DNA of 64,000 nt, from the NCBI RefSeq assembly GCF_004324835.1, contig NW_021163190.1, positions 191,242-255,241 of the forward strand, written 5' to 3'. How positions within the stretch are numbered: position 1 is the stretch's first letter; every line of letters begins with the position of its first letter. The DNA comes from Dendronephthya gigantea. Its lineage: Eukaryota. Shown here in pieces: positions 1-8,885 of this stretch. Made by a program: the position numbers and the translations under genes. The notes under the pieces are model-generated. The model was given only the letters and a program-made list of their open reading frames with translations. It was not told where the DNA came from and made no database searches.

Positions 1-1028
1 ATATAGAAGGAAAACACGAAGCGGTTAACAACGAAGTAAAAGGATTGAAAACAGCTTTGGTCAGAGCTTTTCATGAAATGAAGGACGTTCTTATCACGAT
101 GGAGGGCAAGATAGAAGAAAACACAAGAAAAGTAAGAAATAGACCAAGTGGTGATAAGGAAAATATAATTGTTGCTGGAGGTTTTTGGATTAACTCTGTA
201 AAGATGTTTAACTGGCGTTAAAGAACATGGTCGCCATTACAATCAATGCGAAAGAATTGTTGGGGAGCGACTTCATTTATTTATAACAATCATATGACTA
301 TAGCTGGGGGTTGGTGTGATTGGTATGACATTGTTGATGATATGATTAGAATGAATATTGACCCAAACCCTGATCTCTCAACACACTGGAGTGGCTGTCC
401 TGTTAAACTACCTGATAAGTTGACATGCCACAGCAGTGTGCTGTATAATGACCAGCTGATAGTCTCTGGAGGTCGTAATGGAAATGGTTCATCTGACTTG
501 ATCAGAGCAGTCCAGCTTGTTCCTCCCTATACTGTGAAGACCTTATCAAGAATGCCAGAACCAAGACAATGTCACAGCATGGAAATATTTGATGATAATT
601 TGTTGATAGTTGGTGGAAGTACAACTGGCTATACTGAAGACAACCTCAGCAGTGTTGTACTGTACGATATAAAGAAGAATGAGCTGAAACAGTTCTCACC
701 ACTGCCGTATGAAGTGAGTGATATGGCAACTGTGAGATGGGGAGACAACATTGTTGTTATTGGTGGCGTTGACAAACATTGGCAGCCATTAGATACAGTT
801 ATCATTTACAATGTCAAGACAGAACAAAGTCACATGCTGCCATCAATGAGATGTAAGAGGGGTGGATGTACTGCAGTTGTTATTGAAAACAACATTGTAG
901 TCCTGGGAGGGAGGGGTGAGCATTTAGTGTTAAATTCAGTTGAAGGTTTCAACTTTGAAAGGTATTCTTGGGAAGAACTTCCAGAAATGTCTAAAGCAAG
1001 AATGTGGCACACTGCTGTTGTTGTGTGA
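1..1028 (+). pseudogene. RING-zfTRAF-coiled-coil-Kelch gene, copy 1 (5' end outside window); in-frame TAA at 219-221 replaces the conserved CAA (NWRQRTW in all other copies)
   Basis: Same frame as other copies from position 3 (..EGKHEAVNNEVKGLKTALV..IIVAGG..). Nonsense codon TAA at 219-221. Downstream ORF 246..1028 encodes Kelch blades ending TAVVV*. Confidence 0.7.
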
Positions 1029-1489
1029 ACAATATGTAAAGTATTAAGTGAAAACTCCTAACATATTATGAACAATTGAAATGAACTATAAGATTTTCAC
1101 AAAGTTATAGAAATAGATTGTAGCATTCTAAGTTGATTGTCAGACATATACTGATTTGTATTTTTATGTTTGAATTTAAATTGTGTCAGTTCTTAGAATT
1201 ATATATTAAAGAACAATAACAAATCTATGAAATAAATTTTTTCATTGAGGAAGGTTTAAAATGAAACATCAAATAAAACATTTGAAATAATATTTTCTGC
1301 ACCCCCTCCACATAGGTTTTTCACCCCCTTCCTCCCACAGGTTTTTTCACACCCCTCCTACCACCTAGGTTTTTTTAGCTATAACCCCACACTCCCACCT
1401 AGGTTTTTTCAGCCACAACCTGACCCCTCCCCACCTGGGTTCTTCTGCCCCAGCCCCCAGACCAAGAATCCTAACTGAGCCTCTGGCTC

Positions 1490-3225
1490 CATATTAAGCC
1501 CAGACAAATAAGTCGGCCATTTACTATACAACTAGTTACGTAACTTACTATATTATGGGAAAGGAAGAAAACTCTCGCCTCATTTTTCAACATGTTGACA
1601 AATTAAAACACAAATTACTATAGTAAAACGGCACGTCGGCTGCTAAATGCCTTCCGTAGGTTTAAGTTGAATAATCAAACTATACTTTCATAGTAAAAAT
1701 AGTGCTGAATTCAAAGGAAAGCCCTGGAAAAACCAGTGAGCTCCACATATATCTGGAGTAAGAACTTAAGACTTCCGTGAGGCCAAAAAGTGAAGCCAAA
1801 GATGGCGGATATTGAGGCGCTATAGTACGTCAGTTTCAGTCCTCCTACTGTGCACGGTCAAATAAATTCGTATTTTTCAACTTTAGTTTTTTCCTATTTT
1901 TGAGTAAAAAATGAGCGGAATTTCAATGATAGGTATAATACAAATGCTTTGTATTGAGATATTTTTATATTTCAATTAAATTAACAAAGAAATAAGCGAT
2001 ATCTTACACGGAAAGCTAAGGAGTGACGGATTGTTGATGTTTTCGGCTTTTCGCAAATCACAACATTTACTCGCAGAATATGCTTCCCAAAAACATAAAT
2101 AAAACTTTTCTAAGTTTAATTCATTTATATAAGGCTTTCATCCATGTAAAAAATTAATAGGAAAGAAAATTATGCCGAAAAACGTACGAGTTTAAAATAA
2201 TACTAATATATGATTATGAAATTTATAAACAAGAGTCAAGACTCATATTAAATGCAGGTATAAAAGAAACCTTAAAAAGAGCCCTATGCTAGGAAAGCTG
2301 GCCAAAAAATAAAGGAAAACTAGTGTTAAGGCGTTTCAAAACCAAAAGCGAAACCAGAAACTCAAAACATAAGGTGGAAATATATGAAAATAACTCAAAA
2401 TTAAACAAATCTGAAATGCGTATTTGAATTTATGGCGAAAAATACATATTTACTCACACGTACAGTCGGAAAATGCGGCACCTACATCGGGTAGATGCAG
2501 AGAAACAGATTCCCAGTAAAATTAATCTATTTTTTCCATTCTTGTGCTCTCAAAATGATGAAAAACACGAAAATTTGAGGGTTTCGGGAACCGTCACTCC
2601 CGGTCAAAAACAATGAGAAATATTTGGCCGCGCGAGTAAGGGGACTGAAACTGACGTACTATAGCGCTTCAGTGTCCGCCATCTTTGGCTTCACTTTTTG
2701 CACCCAAAGTTCTTACTCCAGATATATGTGGAGCTCACTGGGAAAAACGTACACAAACTTTGTAAATTTGACGAAATTTTCGTGAATACATGCGGGATGT
2801 AAGTACGTACCCAAATCGGCGACGGCAGAAGAATCTGATTGGTCGAGAAACGTAAACAAAATATGATCAACCAATCTGATTGGTCGTGAAAGGTAAACAA
2901 AGTATGAACGACCAATCAGATTCTTCTGCCACTGCCAGCCACCATTTTGGGTACGTACTTACATCCCGCACGAAAATTTCGTCAAATTTACAAAGTTTGT
3001 GTACGTTTTTCCAGCGCTTTGCTTTGAATTCAGCACTATTTTCATTATGAAAGTATAGTTTGATAATTCAACTTAAACCTACGGTAGGCATTTAGCAGCC
3101 GACGTGCCGTTTTACTATAGTAATTTGTGTTTTAATTTGTGAATATGTTGAAAAATGAGGCGAAAGTTTCCATCCTTCCCAATAATATAGTAAGTTACGT
3201 CGTAGATTTGTCTGGGCTTCCTATG
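1490..3225. mobile_element. ~1.7-kb foldback-like element with ~360-bp terminal inverted repeats and a nested internal palindrome (2750-3010); TSD CTGGCTC (7-8 bp)
   Basis: Left end CATATTAAGCCCAGACAAAT matches reverse complement of right end CATAGGAAGCCCAGACAAAT. 1497-1860 pairs with 2641-3235. CTGGCTC at 1483-1489 and 3226-3232, but only once (ctgcctc) in uninterrupted paralogous spacers. No ORF. Confidence 0.7.
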
Positions 3226-4189
3226 CTGGCTCAAGAAATAGCTCAGTTACCTATTTGAAATATCAGCCTGTCTGTAAATGATGTCTGTGTCTGTCAGACT
3301 GCCACAGACGAAGTCATATTTTAAAATTTATCAATTAACAAGATTTGGAGAGATAGTTTTACTCTTTATTAAAACAGAACCCTGATTAACTAATATAAAT
3401 TGGTTTGTCAACTAAAATAAAATTCTTGTTTCAAGTTTGCTCACAGATTGTTTTGTAATTTCACGTATTCCATCGCGTCCTTGAAGGCTTTTAGTACAAG
3501 ATTTACATTATCTTTTGTACTGTTCAACCCCATCAGACCATCACGCCATATCTGAAAAATTTCACCACAAAAAGTAAGGTTTTTCACAGAAAAAAATTTA
3601 CGATTATGGAGCGAATATCTGCGAATATGAAAAAGAAAATTGTGAATATGGATACCTTTCCAGCAGATCTTCCAAGACCACCTAAAATATCCATTTTATA
3701 TCTGAAAAAGAAATTGATTATTCAATTTTAACACTCTCCCTCTTTACTGGACCTCTATGAATCACCCCCCTGCAAGTATTAAAAATGCAGTTGTTAGCAG
3801 GGGGTAGTCTTCCCGAAATTTATCACTCAGCAGGTACCAAAAATGGAAGGAATTGCCCCCCTGCCCCTATTAAAAATGGGGCAGTTGGCAGGGGGGTGAT
3901 TGCCTTCTTTACGGGTACTTTCTGAGTGACGGAACCACTCATCCAAAAAACTATGGAGTTGTTCTTCTGATAGGTATTCTGTGCCTACACTTTCTTTTAT
4001 TTTTATTGTATTTTTATCTTTACTTGAAAGCACGACATGAAATTACGATTTAGACCTAACCCGGGGGATGACGGGAGTCAATGACCAAATTCATTACTCA
4101 TTCTTTTTCGAGAAATGCATTATAGTTTAAAATTTAGTTTAGCCAAATTCATATTAGAGGCGGGAAACTCGTCTTACAAGGTCAAGGAA

Positions 4190-4440
4190 AACAGGAAACT
4201 CGTCTTACAGGGGAAACTCCTCTTGGAAACTCATCTTAGACGGGAAACTCGTCTGATGTGAATCAGGCCACAGACGGGTTTCTCGTCAGAATTTTCCCGC
4301 CTAACTTTCCCGTCCAAACAAACGGTTAATTTGAACGGGAATCCCTTCTGGACGAGAAACTCGTCTTAAATTCGCATTTAGACGGATAAATCAGACGAGT
4401 TTCTGAAATATCAACACGGTCAAGGACGGAACAAGGGTAA
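4190..4440. repeat. MITE-like foldback module rich in GGGAAACTCGTCT / AGACGAGTTTC inverted subrepeats; present in most array units
   Basis: gaggcgggaaactcgtcttac...gacgggtttctcgtcagaattttcccgcctaa. Copies at 10250-10500, 16190-16440, 21100-21350, 31480-31735 and 47750-47990. Confidence 0.7.
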
Positions 4441-4916
4441 AGCCCGCCGCACAAGAGAGCTATCAGCTGAACTAACGACCTCGCGAGGCATTTAACTCAG
4501 CCTGAAAACTATCCGCACACGATAGAAACTTGCCTCTCGAGGCGAATTCCTCACGAGAAACTATCCGCACACGAGAGTAACTTGCTGAGCTAACAGCCTC
4601 GGGAGGTCTTTACCTCAGCTACCAGCTCTAGTGTGAGGCGCGCTTAACTGAGAAAATAAACAAAATTATTATCGTAATACTCACGATACCTTTTTAGCAT
4701 TACCCGACCCATCACACGTGTAAATTTTATATCCATTCCAAGTCATATTAAGACGGGTTTTTACAATCAACTTTCATGTCTAAGATGAATTTCCCGTGCC
4801 TAATATGAATCTGGTTGTTAATGTGAGAGAGATGATACCTTCGGCTTCTCCGCTTCCTTGAATATACAATCCATTGTTATATGGTTTGTTGTTGTTTGAA
4901 TAAGAACGTATTTTTC

Positions 4917-5346
4917 GTCAAATCTTCGCAGCAAATGGTGTCATGACAGAGCTCTCTGGTTTGCAAATTATGTCGACACCATTGTGTGTACGAGAACCTC
5001 TGTATAATGATAAATTCACGTTAATTTAATTGTTTTGTAAGATTATAAGAATATTATCGATTCGCTGTGTTGTTACAAGGTTACATCTGGTCTTACCTTG
5101 GTGTTCCGAAATCACCACAACCCTGACTGTCACATTCACGGATTGAATTTCTACCATTTGAGCTGCAAAGCTGACCAAGTTTAAAACATTCAACCGCATT
5201 ATCTAGAAAAATAAATACAGAAAAACACGATGAAGAATAACAAAGTGATACTTGAGAATTCTATGAACAAAGATATATATCACAATATGTATTCCAGTAC
5301 CTGCAAAGACTAGGAATATAACAACGATCTTAACAACTCCAAACAT
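4917..5346 (-). CDS. Candidate 3-exon gene for a ~78-aa signal-peptide, cysteine-containing peptide (exons 5346-5301, 5202-5097, 4998-4917), divergent from the downstream Kelch gene
   Basis: Minus-strand ATG at 5346. Exon 1 MFGVVKIVVIFLVFAG, donor CAG|gtactg. Acceptor tttttctag| then DNAVECFKLGQLCSSNGRNSIRECDSQGCGDFGTP, donor AAG|gtaaga. Acceptor ttatacag| then RGSRTHNGVDIICKPESSVMTPFAAKI*. Splice sites conserved in copies at 16932-17360 and 21850-22278; other copies truncated or frameshifted. The protein is an inferred conceptual splice. Confidence 0.4.
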
Positions 5347-5637
5347 CTTTGATCTGCTAAAATTTAATCTTCTAGCTTGAAATAGCTTTTCATCGATATA
5401 ATGACCGCACTTATACAGGATGTTTAAAAAAACACAACACTTAATATTTATGAATATTTTGATACGCTATACGATCTTTTGTGATCAAAACGAAAGTGAA
5501 TTTCATAAACACTTTGAAAATGCGTTTTTTTTATTCACCACAGCTGTAGATCAATCCACAAAATATCCTGAACCATTTGTGTGTTGATGAAAACTCATTT
5601 AGATTGGAATATTATTGCACCGCGAAAATATTCAACT

Positions 5638-6605
5638 TGACTTAGACAGAGTAAAATACTAAAGTAGGTCACATCTGGGTGCATTGCAAGCTAATGGGTT
5701 AACAAGAGACACTGACAAATAGTTTTGTTAACTCGTTAACTGACAGTATTCTTCCACTGATGAGTAAAATCATCTGACATTAGACAGAGTAAAATACTAA
5801 AGTAGGTCACATCTGGGTGCATTGCAAGCTAATGGGTTAACAAGAGACACTGACAGATAGTTTTGTTAACTTATTAACTGACAGTACTCTTCCACTGATG
5901 AGTAAAATCATCTGACATTAGACAGAGTAAAATACTAAAGTCGGTCACATCTGGGTGCATTGCAAGCTAATGGGTTAACAAGAGACACTGACAGATAGTT
6001 TTGTTAACTTATTAACTGACAGTATTCTTCCACTGATGAGTAAAATCATCTGACATTAGACAGAGTAAAATACTAAAGTAGGTCACATCTGGGTGAATTG
6101 CAAGCTAATGGGTTAACAAGAGACACTGACAGATAGTTTTGTTAACTTATTAACTGACAGAACTCTTCCACTGATGAGTAAAATCATCTGACATTAGACA
6201 TAGTAAAATTAAGTAGGTCACATCTGGGTGCATTGCAAGCTAATGGGTTAACAAGAGACACTGACAGATAGTTTTGTTAACTTGTTAACTGACAGTACTT
6301 TTCCACTGGTGAGTAAAATCGTCTGACATTAGACAGAGTAAAATACTAAAGTAGGTCACATCTGGGTGCATTGCAAGCTAATGGGTTAACAAGAGACACT
6401 AACAGATAGTTTTGTTAACTTATTAACTGACAGTACTCTTCCACTGATGAGTAAAATCATGTGACATTAGACAGAGTAAAATACTAAAGTAGGTCACATC
6501 TGGGTGCATTGCAAGCTAATGGGTTAACAAGAGACATTGACAGATAGTTTTGTTAACTTATTAACTGACAGTACTCTTCCACTGATGAGTAAAATCATCT
6601 GACAC
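5638..6605. repeat. 138-bp satellite, ~7 tandem units, in the divergent promoter region upstream of the gene at 6996
   Basis: Period measured: GACATTAGACAG recurs at 5776, 5914, 6052. Unit: gacattagacagagtaaaatactaaagtaggtcacatctgggtgcattgcaagctaatgggttaacaagagacactgacagatagttttgttaacttattaactgacagtactcttccactgatgagtaaaatcatct. Confidence 0.9.
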
Positions 6606-6829
6606 GATTAGGAAAAATCAAGGTTCATAATGCTGGATCATGCAGTTTGACCCAATCACTTTGCATACATAGCTCAGTGCGTTATACTCCAGTCCCAGTT
6701 CTCTCTCTCAGCTCGCGATATTTATTAATTTATTTGTGGAAACACCGGAGCAAATTCCAAGAATTCCTGACAGCAAATGATGCATTTTATGCTCACGCTT
6801 TATTAGGAAGAAATATTTGTCTTCATAAA

Positions 6830-6995
6830 CCGATCATTTTGGAGAAGATTTCGATAAAATACAAACACAGACTTCACCAAGAACGAACACTGTATCTATA
6901 TTCAGTCTATACAGCGAGGTTTTTACTACAGAGCGACAAACAACACAGAACTTGCTTTTTTTATTTATTATTACGACACAAGAACGACGTGAAAT
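6830..6995 (+). promoter_or_regulatory. Conserved proximal promoter / 5'UTR block present upstream of every Kelch gene copy
   Basis: Near-identical ~170 bp ending ..ttattacgacacaagaacgacgtgaaatATG at 13050-13210, 17500-17664, 22420-22584, 28350-28519, 32680-32841, 40080-40245 and 50400-50570. Contains the TATA-like string tctatattcagtctatacag. Confidence 0.55.
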
Positions 6996-8618
6996 ATGGC
7001 TTCATATATACAAGGCTACGATAAAGAAAGGTTTGTCGACAAAATCAATCAAAATTTTCATTGCCAGATTTGCTTCAACGTCTTGAAAGAGCCGGTTATG
7101 TGTTCGAGAAACCAGCATTCTTTTTGCCGTTGTTGTATTACGAAACATCTGGAAAATTCTCAAACATGTCCAACGTGTGCTGATGAACTGACCGTAGAGA
7201 CTTTGATCGAACCACCGCGAATGGTTAAAGATTTTTTGAAAGAATCAAAAATTCGTTGCGTTTACATCGACAGAGGTTGTCAAGAAGTTGTAGAATTACA
7301 GCATCTTGACCGCCATGAAGATACATGTGGATATACACCAGCCGTTTGTACAAACCAAGGCTGTGGTTTAATTGTCAACAAGCGTGATCTTATTCACCAT
7401 GAAAGTGAAGTCTGTGAATTCCGAAAGTTGAAGTGTCACTCGTGCGGAGAAATAACGAAAACTTTGGCAGATATGGAGGAAAGAATGGCGAATATCGAGA
7501 AAAATAATGTAACAATTGAAACTAAAATAACAAATTTAGAGAAAAATATGGCGAGAAATACAACAGTCGCAGTCGCAGATTTAAAAGCAGATATGGAAGG
7601 AAAACACGAAGCGGTTAACAACGAAGTCAAAGGATTGAAAACAGCTTTGGTCAGAGCTTTTGATGAAATTAAGGACGTTCTTATCACGATGGAGGGCAAG
7701 ATAGAAGAAAACACAAGAAAAGTAAGAAATAGACCAAGTGGTGATAAGGAAAATATTATTGTTGCTGGAGGTTTTTTGACTAATTCTGTAGAGATGTTTA
7801 ACTGGCGTCAAAGAACATGGTCGCCATTACAATCAATGCCAAAGGATCGTTGGGGAGCGACTTCATTTATTTATAACAATCATATGACTATAGCTGGGGG
7901 TAGCTGTGCTGGGTCTGACATTGTTGATGACATGATTAGAATGAATATTGACCCAAACCCTGATCTCTCAACACAGTGGAGTGACTGTCCCGTTGAACTA
8001 CCTGATAAGTTGCAAAACCACAGCAGTGTGCTGTATAATGATCAGTTGATAGTCTCTGGAGGTGATTGCAAAAATGGTACATCTGACTTGATCGGATCAG
8101 CCCAGCTTGTTCCTCCCTATACTGTGAAGACCTTATCAAGAATGCCAGAACCAAGACAAGGTCACAGCATGGAAATATTTGATGATAATTTGGTGATAGT
8201 TGGTGGATTTTCAAATCGCCAATACAATGACATCCTCAGCAGTGGCATGCTGTACGGTATAAAGAAGAATGATCTGAAACAGTTATCACCACTGCCGTAT
8301 GAAGTGTGTGGTATGGCAACTGTGAGATGGGGAGACAACATTGTTGTTATTGGTGGCACTGATAATCATGGCAAGACATTAGATACAGTTATCATTTACA
8401 ATGTCAAGACAGGACAAAGTCACATGCTGCCATCAATGAGATGTAAGAGGAGGGGATGTACTGCAGTTGTTATTGAAAACAACATTGTAGTCCTGGGAGG
8501 GTGTGGTGAGGAAGGAGAGCTGAACTCAGTTGAAGGTTTCAACTTTGAAAGGTATTCTTGGGAAGAACTTCCAGAAATGTCTGAAGCAAGATGCTTGCAC
8601 AGTGCTGTTGTTGTGTGA
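6996..8618 (+). CDS. RING (C3HC4) - TRAF-type zinc finger - coiled coil - 6-blade Kelch propeller protein, 540 aa, intronless
   Basis: ORF track. RING: CQICFNVLKEPVMCSRNQHSFCRCCITKHLENSQTCPTC. zf-TRAF-like Cys/His spacing: CVYIDRGCQEVVELQHLDRHEDTCGYTPAVCTNQGCGLIVNKRDLIHHESEVCEFRKLKCHSCGE. Six GG-doublet blades: IIVAGG, MTIAGG, LIVSGG, LVIVGG, IVVIGG, IVVLGG. TGA stop followed by AATAAA-like signals. Confidence 0.85.
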   Translation: MASYIQGYDKERFVDKINQNFHCQICFNVLKEPVMCSRNQHSFCRCCITKHLENSQTCPTCADELTVETLIEPPRMVKDFLKESKIRCVYIDRGCQEVVELQHLDRHEDTCGYTPAVCTNQGCGLIVNKRDLIHHESEVCEFRKLKCHSCGEITKTLADMEERMANIEKNNVTIETKITNLEKNMARNTTVAVADLKADMEGKHEAVNNEVKGLKTALVRAFDEIKDVLITMEGKIEENTRKVRNRPSGDKENIIVAGGFLTNSVEMFNWRQRTWSPLQSMPKDRWGATSFIYNNHMTIAGGSCAGSDIVDDMIRMNIDPNPDLSTQWSDCPVELPDKLQNHSSVLYNDQLIVSGGDCKNGTSDLIGSAQLVPPYTVKTLSRMPEPRQGHSMEIFDDNLVIVGGFSNRQYNDILSSGMLYGIKKNDLKQLSPLPYEVCGMATVRWGDNIVVIGGTDNHGKTLDTVIIYNVKTGQSHMLPSMRCKRRGCTAVVIENNIVVLGGCGEEGELNSVEGFNFERYSWEELPEMSEARCLHSAVVV

Positions 8619-8885
8619 ACAATTTGTAAAGTATTAAGTGAAAACTCCTAACATATTATGAACAATTGAAATGAACTATAAGATTTTCACAAAGATATAG
8701 AAATAGATTGTAGCATTCTAAGTTGATTGTCAGACATATACTCATTTGTATTTTTGTAATTGAATTTAAATTGAGTCAGTTCTTAGAATTATATATTAAA
8801 GAACAATAACAAATCTTTGAAATAGATTTTTACTTTGAGAAAAGGTTTAAAATGAAACACCAAATAAAACATTTGAAATAAGCTT
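8619..8885 (+). other. Conserved 3'UTR with AATAAA-type signals (gaaataga.. / caaataaaacatttgaaataag) ~200-250 nt after the stop; repeated after each copy
   Basis: Near-identical 3' flanks after every copy (1029-1290, 14816-15075, 19309-19565, 24208-24440, 30158-30425, 34468-34620, 45423-45690, 52212-52475). Confidence 0.6.

Noticed and set aside
3827-4033. ORFs across the palindrome module (..GNHPPANCPIFN(R/M)GRG.., also 15824..16045, 39383..39565, 46511..46693)
   Set aside because: They run through near-perfect inverted repeats, so the same peptide appears on both strands; there are no start or splice signals, and the protein-like look comes from the palindrome.
5638-6605. Hammerhead ribozyme in the 138-bp satellite (CTGATGAG octamer followed by a hairpin)
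   Set aside because: No GAAA(C) core or helix III/cleavage-site arrangement within 40 nt on either strand; the octamer alone is expected by chance about once per 64 kb.
7436-8359. Minus-strand ORFs (60-101 aa) lying inside each Kelch gene copy (e.g. 7436..7714, 7581..7811, 8162..8359 and equivalents)
   Set aside because: Antisense reading of a strongly coding region with low-complexity S/F/I-rich translations; they simply mirror the conservation of the sense gene.
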